64,000 nt of DNA, taken from NCBI GenBank assembly GCA_022605425.2, contig CM061247.1, positions 1,775,610 to 1,839,609 on the forward strand, given 5' to 3'. The DNA is from Hamiltosporidium tvaerminnensis FI-OER-3-3 (taxonomy: Eukaryota > Fungi > Microsporidia). Under the pieces are notes generated by a model. It made no database searches. It worked only from the letters and a program-made list of their open reading frames with translations, and was not told the DNA's origin. Each line of letters starts with the position of its first letter. Within the stretch, counting starts at the first letter, position 1. This document shows positions 11,940-24,497 of the stretch, in pieces. Position numbers and translations under genes: made by a program.

Positions 11940-14900
11940 TAATTATTCATTATATAACGACTATTGAAATGCATAGATATGGAAAAAAATTATCACGCTA
12001 AAATTACAGGAACATAGCTTGGTACATGCAAAATATTTTACTAACATATTTAAAAATTATTCGTTAGTTGGAAAGTATTTTTAAATAATATATTTCATCG
12101 CTTTGGATATTTTTCGAAATTTTACCCTGTTAGCTACACTATTAGAAAATTTTTCAAAAAAATACGATTTAGCCGGTAAAAAAAATTGCATAAAATATAC
12201 ATGATTTCGGATTGAACTTAATTATAAAATCGTCTAATGATCATAATGTATTTTAAAAGTGATTCTAGCTTATATAAAACAATATGTCTTTTCTTGATTT
12301 TCAAACAATTTCTTCATATTGTATATTGAAAACTCTATAAAAAAATAATCGATAAAAATTTATAGAAAGAAACTCAAACAACACCAGTTTTTTAAGCTAT
12401 TGAAATAATAGTTTTATTTTTGAATATTTGATTTATCAATATAGGTTTCAAGGATCGTCTATATTATTTTATTTATCCTTCATTATTTTAGAATAACCAA
12501 TAAGATTATTTAGAGCTTTAAACAAAAAAATTAGGATAGCTGTAATAAATGATTATAAAGAAAAATTTATAGTTAAACATAACTAAAGAGTATTATCTTC
12601 TAGTTTCATTGTATTGGTACTGATTTAATAACAGAAAAGCTTATAGTGTTTTAATTCTTTTTATTATATTTTAACGGCGTTACATATATTCTATACAATA
12701 TATATCGAATTATGATAGAACATTACGAGATTTAATTCGAACTAACAAAACAAAGTATTTTCAAAAAATGGATAAATTTTTTACACAATAACCAATAGGA
12801 GACTTATAATTAAAACCTATTTTTCTAATTTTCCATCGTTTAATATACTATATACAAAACTATACCAAGAAAATTAAAACTCATATAAAAAGAGTAAAAG
12901 GGCTAAATAGGAAATTTTAAAGAAATAACACTTTATTTAAAAGTATCACATCTTTTTTTAAAACAGTGGCAAGTGTTATATTTGTTTTCATGACATTAAC
13001 GCAGTTCTAGGTTTAACATAAATAACTGCTACCCCAACACTCCATCGGTAACCCCTGCGATACCTACGTCCCAAAGCCTTTCATCTACCAGGTGTGTAGA
13101 ACCTGCTTACTAGGCGAGGCAGTTGCCCGGAGTTCGTTAATGTCCGTTGCATGGAGTGTGATCGAAGGCCGAAGCCCCCCCCCCCTGGGCTCCCCCAAGA
13201 CTATGCAGCATTCCCACTTACTCTACACTTTCTGAACCCAATAAACTTCTAGCTAAGATATATTTCAGAGATTTACATGGGGTCCACCTAGACAGTGCAA
13301 TGTCATACCAACAGGTATAACCTGCTACTTAGCTTTCCTGGCTTTATATGGTTTTTTGTTCTATATCTCTTAGGCGTCAAGTCTTCAAACCCGAGTGACC
13401 AAGGCTAGGTTTCCATGCTTTTACATGGAAATTATCTACAAGTTTAGCTGCGGTCTGCAATCTGGTTACATAAAAAACTACAAATAAATTTGTAGAAAAA
13501 GTTTCTCGATTTCTTAAACCTCTCCTCTTCATAACAACTCCCATGGAACAACCGAAGATGTAGTGTGGTTTTATTCCCACCAAAAATCCAAACAATGATC
13601 TCACACCAGTTTCACACACTCATTGCCAAGCAGAAAGTTTTTTATGTGGTTATCCTTCCTCCACATTTAAAGAAATAACATAACTTTATTTGATAATAAC
13701 AAACATTTCTGCACAATTTACAGAATTTTTAATGTGTATAATTTTTTTTATTTTTCTTAAATTTCTTTCATATTTTTGAATCTTCAATACGACTATATGA
13801 AACTATATCAACCAAAATAAGAAATTCTAATGGACAAAAATGTAAAAAAGCACCTAGAGATTCGAGTCAGATACAATTATCAAATGCTTGTACAATTTTT
13901 TTGCTATATTAGACGTAGTTTTCACGAATTAAATCAATATCTTTCAAGTCTTTGTTTTTAAAAATTTTGAAGTGCTTACACGGTATATACAAAATATACG
14001 ATTAGAAATTTAAAAAAAATAAGTTTAAACAATGTACTAATAGATGGTAAAATTTTATTTCACACAACCATAGTTTTTTTACATAGTTTCTGATATTTCA
14101 AGCTGTTTACCACACATGTAAAAACATTATATTGTGATCAAGATTTTTTGATAATTCTATATTCGGTTCATATACTATATACAAATATGAAACGAAAGAA
14201 TTCAAAAAAAATAGGTAAAAGAAACATGCAATTTTTTTTTCAAATGGTATAACAAAAACAACATTCATCTTTATCAAATCATATTTGTAGTATTTGACAC
14301 TTTTATTGCATAAAATTGTATCTCTTTTTAATCTGTTTTTTTTTAAAAATTTCGAAATCTGCAATGTTGATATAAATTGACTCGATCAAACAAAATATAA
14401 AAAATGAGGCAATGTTATGCCGATAAGAATAAAAAAAATTTAAACCAAAAAATTTAATAAATTATTTAAGAACTTTTGAAGTATTTTAGAAATTTATTTG
14501 AAAAAAAAATGTATTTTTAGATTATATTTTTTAAAATCATTCAACCAATCATACGTATAAAAATCAAAAAGATTAACTTGCCTAAATTTTAAAGAAAAAT
14601 ATCTATAAATTTTAATGAAATCATTTATTTGGTTTTACTACACTGACATATAATATTTGTGATGTTTTAGGAAGATGAAGTTGCATATGTTTTTAGAAAA
14701 TTTTCCCCTTTTTAAATTGCTTATACGCTGTTTAGTATGTATTTTTAAAGAATTCGAAAAAAACAAATTTAAAAATTTACTGTCAGAACTTCAGAGATAA
14801 TTACAAAAAAAAACTTAAGAGGTTGTTGTAAGACTACTTGAAGCAAAAATAAAAAGTTTCTGGCATTGAATATCACCTTTTAAAATATATTTAAGCCAAG

Positions 14901-15900
14901 ATTGTAATCTTTAGTCATATCGTAAGTATTAATCCTAGAAAAATATTTAATGAAACTACACCCAAAACAACGACTCGAGTTAATTATAAAAGGGTAATAT
15001 TATACCTTAAAGTAATTTTCATATTATTTAGAGTGGTTTAGTATTTTATAGTGCATTTGTGTAATTCGATGTTTTAACACTTCTTCGATTTAGTTATGCA
15101 CAATATAAAAAATTTATTGCTTATAGTTGCAATATTAGGTGATAAAAATATTTAAAAACACAGCTAGATTTTATAGTAAACTCTAAAATAAAATTATTAC
15201 AGCCAAATTATATGTATTCTATTATATTTTTATGCATTGAAAGATCAATTATTTTTTAAACCAATTTTTTTTATATTTTTTTAATCGTATATAAGACTTA
15301 CTAAATCTAATTACAAATCAAAAAAATAACTAAAAAACCGAAAAAAACATTATAATGATTTCTTAAATTCGTAATTGAATCTTATGTAATATTTTTGGCA
15401 TGCCTTAGGCAATGAATTATATATTTTTTTAGTTTATTTTTAGAACTATGCGATTTTAATTAGAACCATAAGAAAATAACCTTAAAAAATATCAAAAATA
15501 TAATAGAAAGTCAAATATATTTACTATACGATTATAATATGGTATAATAGAGACAAGGTTTTTTAGATACTTTTAAAAATCAAAATAAGACATTATAAAC
15601 ATATGTTTAGATAGCCTTCGAATCGTTTAGCATATTATATAATAACTATACAAATTAATGACATAGAATATGTGAAATTTGTGCTTAAACATATACATAA
15701 TCTTATCAATAAAGTATATAAATAGGTTAATTTTTAGAATAATAATGAATATATGCCAGCTATCGCTTTAAAAGTATTCCCATAAAAGTGGATAGTAAGG
15801 TTTTAACAACAGAGATAGTCTTAAAAAACTTATCACATTTATTTTCTAAAAACATATAATTCTGAGAAAACTTGAGTAATTTGCACAGGCGTTTTTTTAA
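11940..15900 (+). repeat. Diverged ~190 bp tandem repeat, array 1 (interrupted by the element at 12931-13665)
   Basis: The anchor motif ~TTCA(A/T)AC(A/G)ACTATA...AAAAAA recurs near 11952, 12133, 12312, 12497, 12679, 12838, 13782 and 13975, and on to ~15625. The segment 13680-15700 is colinear with 40900-42950. Confidence 0.65.
12931..13665 (-). mobile_element. 735 bp non-coding SINE-like retroposon, copy 2, with 15 bp TSD
   Basis: Flanked by the direct repeat TTTAAAGAAATAACA (12916-12930 and 13666-13680). The minus strand starts TGTGGAGG and ends TTTTAAATAAAG. Removing the element plus one TSD restores a ~194 bp monomer spacing in the host array. Confidence 0.8.
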
Positions 15901-18900
15901 TCAAAACCTAGATATATTTTTTATTTTTAATAAAAGATTGAAATCAAGTATTTTGATATTTTAATAAAAGAACATGGATTAAAGTGAAAAACGGGTAATT
16001 TAAATTCCACACCTTTTGGAATTATAATGATTATTTAAACATACCCCCCTATATATTATATTTTATTGCCAAGGGTTTTGCATTTACACAAAATATTGTA
16101 TACAATTTATATTCTTTCTATTTTTGTAAATTTGTAAAAAATACAGCCCTTATATTAGGTGAGAAGAAAAAGACTTTATAATGGAATTACATTTATTTAA
16201 TATAGGAACTATGTTCATGTAAACCTTCTTTTTTTTGTACCTATAACTAGAGATTTAAGTATGAAAAAAAAATAATTCTAATTGAAAACCAAGAAATGAT
16301 ATGATAATTTAATTTTTTTATTTTTAAATACAAATATATTGATCTGAAGTTAGCATCAGGCATATTAGAACTGTTTAAAGAAAAACATTTCATGCGTACT
16401 ATTAGCAAAAGAAATTCTTTTATCTTTGGAAATTCACTTTTTATCAGTGAGAATCATTTATAGTTAGGCTTTTTATCATTTACTTGTCTAAGAAATCTAA
16501 AAAGATTATATTACTTTTGGTAAAAATAGATTATGTCTGAACCATACTGACTTAATCTGCATATTCTCGTCTGCTTATTGTTTAACTCAGTGTGAGCACG
16601 ATTCATTAAAACGCCGCTTTAAAATATAAGATTCGACTACCCTGACCCAACCGCCCTTCATTCCATTCGTCTATATCAAAGTTAACTATCTGCTCAACGG
16701 AATAAATCATAGTGGAAAGAATCACACTTTAAATTCGCATTCTTCTTATTTTTATATATTTCTTCATTGTATAAATATTAATGTTTGAGTTTCTATTTTG
16801 CGATTTAAAAATATTAATTTTTTTTTGCGTATAAATCTATATTCCCTTTGTTTTTTAAAAATATATATTAGTATGTATAATGGGTAATCTAACTTTTTGT
16901 TTGTAGGTGAGGTTATTAGAACCTAAGGATGAAATCCGAATTTGAAAAATTGAATAATTGATTAAAATCCAAGCTGATTTTTATGCCAAAACAAAGATAT
17001 TTGATCAGTTATAAAACCTAAGCATTAGATCAACCTAATTTTTTTAAAAGCTACAATTTAAGTTCCAAATAAATTTTAATGTGTGTTTCAAATGTATAAA
17101 AGAATAATCTAAATGAATTTACAATTTTAACTCAAAGAAGACAATTTTTTTTAATTTTTCCATTTAATTTTGCAAACAACTACAAAGAAAAATATTTATT
17201 AAACAGTTTAATTAAAGGGAAATTAAATTTTTAAAAATATTTTTTTTTAGGTTCTTATAACATTTAATGAAATTCCAAGAACTTTAAAAAAATAAATGCC
17301 TAGATTCAGGCATTCTTTTATATTCCTTTTTATATCCAAAGATATAGCTAACACATACAAATCCAATTGAACAACGAGTGCAGAATTTCTTTAAAAATAT
17401 AAATTTAGTAGAGTAAAAAGGAAATAGAATATATTAGTTTAAATAATAAACATATAAAGTCTTTAATCTCCAAACACCCTTGAAATTTCATTTTTATACT
17501 TTAAATGACTAACCTCGGTTCATAAACAAGTAGAATAGGCGTCCAAATAAATGGCGATATATTTTTCTCACATTTCTATCAATTATCAAGAGCATATTTC
17601 CCAGAATTTGCAATTTTTATCTTTAATTTAAATTATCGAACGAAATATGAATTGAGAAAATAATTTTACTTGTTTTATATGAGATATTTATAAAATTTTA
17701 GTGTGGTTTGCCTATATAGTTATATTGAAGTAAAATATTTTACTTTTTTATATATTTATAAAGATTTCTTAAAATAAAATTTCAGATTATTTAAAACTTT
17801 AAGAATTACTCTCTAGAATTAAAACCAACTTTCATCTGGGTCACCCTGCGGATTTAAGAAGTCAGAACAAAGAAATATTCTTTTAATATAATATAATATT
17901 TTGTATAAAATTAGCTTTAAAAAAATCGAAGCCAAGTAATATGAATTTTGATTTATTTATTTAAGTTAAGTTTATTTTTTTGATTATTTAGAAAAGCACA
18001 TAGTATTTAAATTTAAAAAATAACATACCTTTTTTGCAGTTCAAATTTTATGAATATTTGCTTTTTCAAATAAATTGGATTTTAAACGAAATAAAACCTT
18101 GATTTGAAAATTTTCAAAAGAATGAAATGATTATGAACCATTAATGTTTTCTTGAAAATGTTTTGAGATAACAGGATCTCTTATTTTCCTAGCAATAAAT
18201 ACAATTAAAACATATGCGAGAAATGCGTTTATTAAATAGATTTATAATTATCGCTGATCATTTTTATAGACGTTATTACGAAAATTGTTCCCTAAAAAAT
18301 AGTATCTAATATAATAACCGAAACAAGTGAGATATTTGAGAATATATATGAATAATTTTTTTTTTCAAACCAGTTAGAAATTTATACAATGATCATTCTA
18401 TATATTCATTTATCAAGATAGATTTTACTCATTAAAATTTCTTGATTTCCACTAAACTGTCAATCCTTATGACTGGAAATAAAAAAATTGTCTTATTTAA
18501 ATAATAAGCTTTTTTATGTATGAAAAGAAATCAAGAATGTAAAATAGAAAATATAGAATGTATTATTCGGCTTTTAGGTATTTAGAGTTTATTTAGAAAT
18601 AAAATATACATAGGTTGCCAAAAATTAATGTATTAAGCCAAATACAAGAAAAAAGGCACCATAAACCATAAATACCTTTATTATACCATAAAAAATATAA
18701 TATATAATCATCTAATTTCTTTTAATTCTAAATCTACATTTCTTTTTGCGAAAAATATTTTTAAATAGAAATCCCTAATAATAGGATTTGAAATAAATTT
18801 AGATTCGAAATATAACGATTTTATTGTTTATATATTCTTCTTGTAAAATGAAAAAATAATTCACAAGTAAAAGTTATTGTAAGTTAATAGTTTTTAAAAT

Positions 18901-20002
18901 AATAACAAAAAATTCAAGTCATCTTCCCAATAATATTTTATATAAACTGATTTTGTCTTTTCCATTGTTGCTATATCCAAATCTTTTGTTTAAGAAGAGA
19001 AATGTACACAAAATAGTTTTTTTTATCATTTATTACAACCTAGTCTGACAAAATGATATTCTATAAAGTTCAGATTCGTGGTAGAATAAAGAAACTAAAA
19101 ATTTTAAAAGTATTCATTTTTCATAGGCATTCTTTATAAATAAATATATTTCAAAAAATTCCTTTATTTTTATTTTATAAAAATTACCCTGAAAATTCTA
19201 TTACTAACTATTCTATGTGAGAAAGAAAATGAATTGAAAGGGTAAATGAAGGAATCTGAATAGAAAACCCAAAGAAAATATCAAAATCAGAAGAAGACTA
19301 ATTGAAAGAAGTAGGATACAATTGTTTTTCATTTCTTTATCGAGGTATTTTCTATTTTTGTAAGTGTAAAGTTGAGTGGTTCATTGGTTTTAGATACAAC
19401 ATATGATAATAGTAAAAGAAATTGTAGTTTTGCCATAGATCAGGATGCTTTGCAATTACAGAGGCTGTGTAAGTAGAAACGGGTCTTATTTCGGAATTTT
19501 TCAAAGAAATTTTTTAGAACAAATAAAATTTTCAAATATACCAACAATTGTTAAAAATTTTAAAAGCACACTAACACAGAAATAAAGTAATAAAACAAGC
19601 AAAGAGATCTCTGGGTAGGTTATTACTTTATTTGTGTATATATTTATAAAGAGGGGTTGAGGAATAGAAAAAAGCGATGTATATGTATGAAGAAGAAGGC
19701 CTAGCGGGAAATTTGTCACATTGTATCGTCTTAAAAAAAATTAATTTTTCAGTTTATGAGTGAGATTAAGGGCGAACACATTTATTTAAACAGAAATTAG
19801 TTTTTCCAAAGACATATACTATATTTGATTTTGATTTAAAGTTTATGAGGAGAGGGTTAGATACACAAGGACAAGTGAAGGGTAAGATAGAGAGAAATAG
19901 ATAATTCGAAATTTCTATTTAGTTTCATATAGAAGAGGCCCTAATGTGTTATAAGTTTTTAAATCTAAAAATACTTGTTGTATATACATTCTTTAAAAAA
20001 TA

Positions 20003-20480
20003 TTCTATCTAAATAGGCAATATTGTCCCGTTATCGAGCTCATTGCCTTAGAGATACTGTAAAACAGGTATTGATGTTGATACGATTATATATCAACATT
20101 TTCATAAGTGAATAAATTCACTTATTTAAGTATATTCGACTGTTTTACGAGATCGAACGAGTTAGTTGTTTACTACCCTATGGATTTATGTCCAGACTTA
20201 TGCAAATAATCTTACATAAGTCCTTTAACAAACCATATCAGCGTAGATAGTAAGAGTAAAAGTACATTCAGCTGCGAATATCAAAGTAAGAACGAAATCG
20301 TTCAGTATTTGTGGCATGTGTTTCATTGCTTCTACATTAGTATGCTGAAAAAGAAATATCTCAGGGCATCTGAGGATTACTACAAAGAGATAGATAATCC
20401 CATACCCATAGACAAAGTAAGAGTACCACCTTAGAAGATGCCACAATATTAAAAATTTAACTATATTTATATTTTTTCAT
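20003..20480 (-). repeat. Dispersed ~450 bp repeat (block Y), copy 1, probable pseudogene relic
   Basis: Shares AAATAGG...GCTC(A/T)TTGCCTT at the left end and AGATGC(C/T)A at the right end with 36982-37450 and 38602-39040. Minus-strand frames end GNELDNGTILPI*, GNEPNTLTTPPI* and GKELNYGTHLPI*, but all contain stops. Confidence 0.6.
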
Positions 20481-20807
20481 TTTTTTTTAAACCAATTGCA
20501 TATTGTTACATAATAATGATACGTTCCTACTTCTTGATAAGATATCTACTAAACTCTAAGAGAGAAGCTAAAATATATTGTAATAAAAAAAATACCCTAC
20601 AAATCATCTTTTACCTATTTAAAACAAACCTCGCCTATAAAAATTTCGGACTATCTTTAAAAATATCATTTCATGAATTCGCATAGACAAATAAATTTTT
20701 TGCTATATTTCTTTAAATTTCTTTTACATATGTCATTGCTTAATCAAAAAAAATAATAGTGTAAAATCATTTTAAATTTTGAAAAATTATAAAAGTTTTC
20801 CATTTCC

Positions 20808-21200
20808 GATATTCTCTTCATAAATATACATTAATAATACAATAAATACAATACAATTCTAATATTCTCTTCGAGAATATCCCTCCATGTCTTTTAAATG
20901 AACTTCAATTCTGATATTCTCTTCGAAAATCCAAATTCTACTTTAACTTTATTAGAGAGACACTTTTGATATTCTCTTCGAGAATATCTATTTTACCAAA
21001 ATAATTAAAGAGACATATATGATATTCTCTTTGAACGTATTTATCTTAGGCCTATTACATGAAATTCGATTCTGATATTCTCTTCGAGAATATCTATTTT
21101 AGAAAAATAATTAAAGAGACACTTCTGATATTCTCTTTGAGAATATCCATTATAAAAGCCTTACAAAAACCACACTTTTGATATTCTCTTCGAGAATATC
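20808..21200. repeat. 53 bp-period array of a 21 bp palindromic repeat (GATATTCTCTTCGAGAATATC) with 31-34 bp variable spacers
   Basis: Eight repeats start at 20808, 20861, 20913, 20968, 21021, 21074, 21127 and 21180. Copies 4, 6 and 8 match the consensus exactly. The repeat has 9 bp inverted arms around TTC. Confidence 0.95.
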
Positions 21201-22859
21201 TATTCAAAATATAATAAATAGAAAAAGTAAAAGTATGAAAGAAAAAATAAGTATATGGTTTCGAAAAGTAAAGTCAATAAATTGTATTTTATATAAAAAT
21301 AAAATTCCAAGGTATATCAAGAAATGCTTTAACCTGTCAGATATCCACAATACCATTATGATCCGTATCTAACAAGTGAAAAAATAAAAAACTTATTTAT
21401 TTTTTGTACGTATAACTTATTTTCTTTAGCTTAAATGATAAATAATAATTTTATCACGAATATTTATTAAATATATACAAAAAGTGTCTATATTACTTGC
21501 CTTCGCTTTCTTTTCTTCGAAAAGAAACATAAGAATCTAGAGGTTTGTTGATTTATTTCAAAATTGACGTACATTAAAAGTTTTTCAACAAAAATTTGAT
21601 ACTACAAAAAACATTCTTCGAATTTTTTAAAGAAAAATAACTTTCAAAAAAAAAGTAACTTTTTAACTCAAAACATGCAAAACCAAATTTGCTTTTTTAG
21701 AAAACCAAAATTTCTTTCGTTGTGTAAACAAACCTAAATTTGAATCAAAATTTTATAAGTACAATTTATTACTGAATTCTCTATAGGGTTATTAAGTTGG
21801 TAAAACTAGATATAAGTAAGATTTATAAGATATTTACAGATTTACAAATGTATTTCCTTTTTAGGTAAATTAATAATACTTATAAAAATATAAGTTTCTA
21901 TTTTTACTATAGTCAAAAAACATATGTTTTTTACCATTATTTGAATTACGATTTATATTTTATTCAATTTCCTTAAAGATGAATGCTGTCAGTTAGTTTA
22001 ATACATATTTAATAGGATATAAAAATAAAAAGTAATTTTTTATAAAAAAAAAATTAAATTTAAACCAGCAAAAAATAACTACTATTACATACAGAATCAA
22101 GTTAAAATCTTACAATATTTTAAATTTAAAGAGATATCACCTTTAGTTGCAAATATTTGCTTTAACTTTTCTATTTTTGAGTAAAGAACTTAAAATTTAA
22201 GTTATAAAAAAGGATAATTCAATCTTAATTAAGAGTTTACAGTAATTTTTGTTGAAAGATGGAAGTTATTCGAAATTTATTAAACCAAACATAAATCTTC
22301 CAAATCTATATTTTTATTTACTCTATTGAAAAAATTTTTCCAAAATTTTTACTTACTAAAAACAGAAAATAGTAATTAAGAATGGTAACATAAAATATTT
22401 TTGGAAAAAATATTTTTTTATAGAAATTCTTCGAATTTCGTAGCGAGAATAAAATTCTAGCTCTATTAAAAAGATAAAAAAAATATATAATAAAAAAAAA
22501 CTAATATATAACTTATATAATTTATTATAAAAGTGAAAGTACCCACTTTTAAAAGTAATTTGAACAAGGTTTAGGCTTTGATAATTTTACGGGCGTAATT
22601 ATTTTAAATTTACCGAGCTATAATTCAAAAATGATAATTTTTTTAAAAAATCTTCAGATTTTTGTCAAAAACAAATAATTGTTCATTTAGTATACAGTTT
22701 TACAAAAAAAATCTTATTAATACGTTAAAAGACACTCGGAAGATATACCTATCAATAAATAAGTTGATAAAACATAAAGCAAGTCTAAAATTCTAAATAT
22801 TATAAAATTGAAAATTTAAAAAGTTTTAAAAAAAAAATAAAAAATTTAGGAAATTCCAA

Positions 22860-23120
22860 AAGCTGTAAAAAAACACGAAAAAACAGCTAAATTTAAGAGA
22901 AAACGTAAAAAACTGGGAAAGAACACGTAAAAACATATAAAAAACTTAAAAATAGTGTAAGTACAGGTAAAAAGATATAAAAAACTTTACGACTAAAAAA
23001 TTCCAGTAAATAAGTAAAAATCATTCTAATAAATTTAGAAAATAGTTTAAAAATTAAAAAAAACATATAAAACCTTCTAAGAAAAGTAAATTCTTTTAAA
23101 AAAATTACAAACACCTAAAA
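22860..23120 (+). other. 10 bp-phased A-tract block (predicted bent DNA)
   Basis: A-runs recur about every 10 nt over ~26 turns (e.g. AAACACGAAA AAACAGCTAA ... AAACGTAAAA AACTGGGAAA GAACACGTAA AAACATATAA). Similar blocks occur at ~33470-33800 and ~40740-40880. Confidence 0.6.
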
Positions 23121-24497
23121 CCAACGAAAGTTTAGGCATTCTTTAAAACTTCTTTGACAACAAATTTAAAAACCAAATTCGAACCGTCTTATAAAATATA
23201 AAATTGTTATAAAAAACCAGTCTTGAGTTTAAAAAAATAAAATTTTGAAAAATAATGTAAACCATGTATTAGATAAGCTAATAACTAAATAAAAATACTT
23301 ACAAGTTCTAAGAAAGAAATACCGGCTGATTAAGAAAGAAAAGAATATAAATCCAAGATATTGCAAAAAGACACAAACTGAATTACGAGGCACCAATTTA
23401 GACTATAGTAACGTTATAAAGATTGTTCAAAACCTTCCGTTTAGCAAACACTTTTAGAACTTATTTTTAAAAATGTATATATTATATAGAAAATCTAAGA
23501 AAGACAAAAAATCTATTGACATTCTAAATTTAACAACAAACCAAAGACACTAAAATATAAAAATATGCCAAAAGAGATTATTAGTTACGTAAATGTTAGA
23601 AGGTTCATATAACAAGAAAAATAGTAGTTTAGAGAGTAAATAGCCTTCGATCTTACATATTACAAATTTAAAGATTTATATGTCGAATTAAGAAGATTCC
23701 ATAACTGAAACTAGACGAAGAGAATGTAATTAAATAAAATATGGTTTTTACTTTTATTTTTTGTAAAATTTAAAGTTTAATGTAATATTTTCTGACTAAA
23801 AAATTAGGTAGTTTATTATAAAAGCCTTTAAAATATTTTATTTTATTGCTTTCAGATAAAAAATTTTAATTTCAATACAATTAGACTTAATCCAAGAAAA
23901 ACATCAAGAATGCTCTCCAAAAAAAAGTAAAACCAAAGTTTTCCGAATTAAGGACTTAGGTAACAAACAAAAATGCTTTTTAGACATGTAAATAATTGAT
24001 TTATATACCTAAATATAAAAAATTGTTTCAAGTAAATAAAAAAAAACGAAATTTGAGTATAACACTATTTATCTTAAATAGAAAAAAAAGCTTAGGTATA
24101 ACCCTTGGACCAGCAAAAGTTCAATATTTCCATAACAAGCAAAATAGATAATATAAAAATCAGGTAAAAACTTTTAATGAAAATTCAAATTAAGTTCTTA
24201 GTAAAAAAATTCAAATTTTCGTTTAAAAAAAATAAAAAAGAGGTACGTATTGTTGCAAGACATATTAAAAAATGTTTTAGATAGGAAACAATTTTAATTT
24301 AACATTAAGATATAAAAAATTTGAAATTATAATATAACAATAAAATAAGATTAAAAAAACTTTATAATTAAATAAAAAATAAATTTATAATAAAACTAAA
24401 AGCATATAAAATAAAAAAACTTTATTTAATAACATGTAATTCACTTTATCCAAAGAATGTTATATAGTATTCTTGTTAGTATGGCCAAGTACTAACA

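Noticed and set aside
1642-13665. One large DNA transposon (Maverick-like) bounded by ~700 bp TIRs
   Set aside because: No TSD outside the pair, no transposase or polymerase inside, and copy 2 has its own 15 bp TSD, so these are independent insertions.
17835-17860. LSU rRNA fragment (ACCCTGCGGATTTAAG)
   Set aside because: Short, imperfect resemblance to the conserved LSU 5' motif with no flanking rRNA similarity.
20808-21200. Bona fide CRISPR array
   Set aside because: Eukaryotic telomeric context, no cas genes, a 21 bp repeat and partly related spacers. Kept only as a CRISPR-like repeat.
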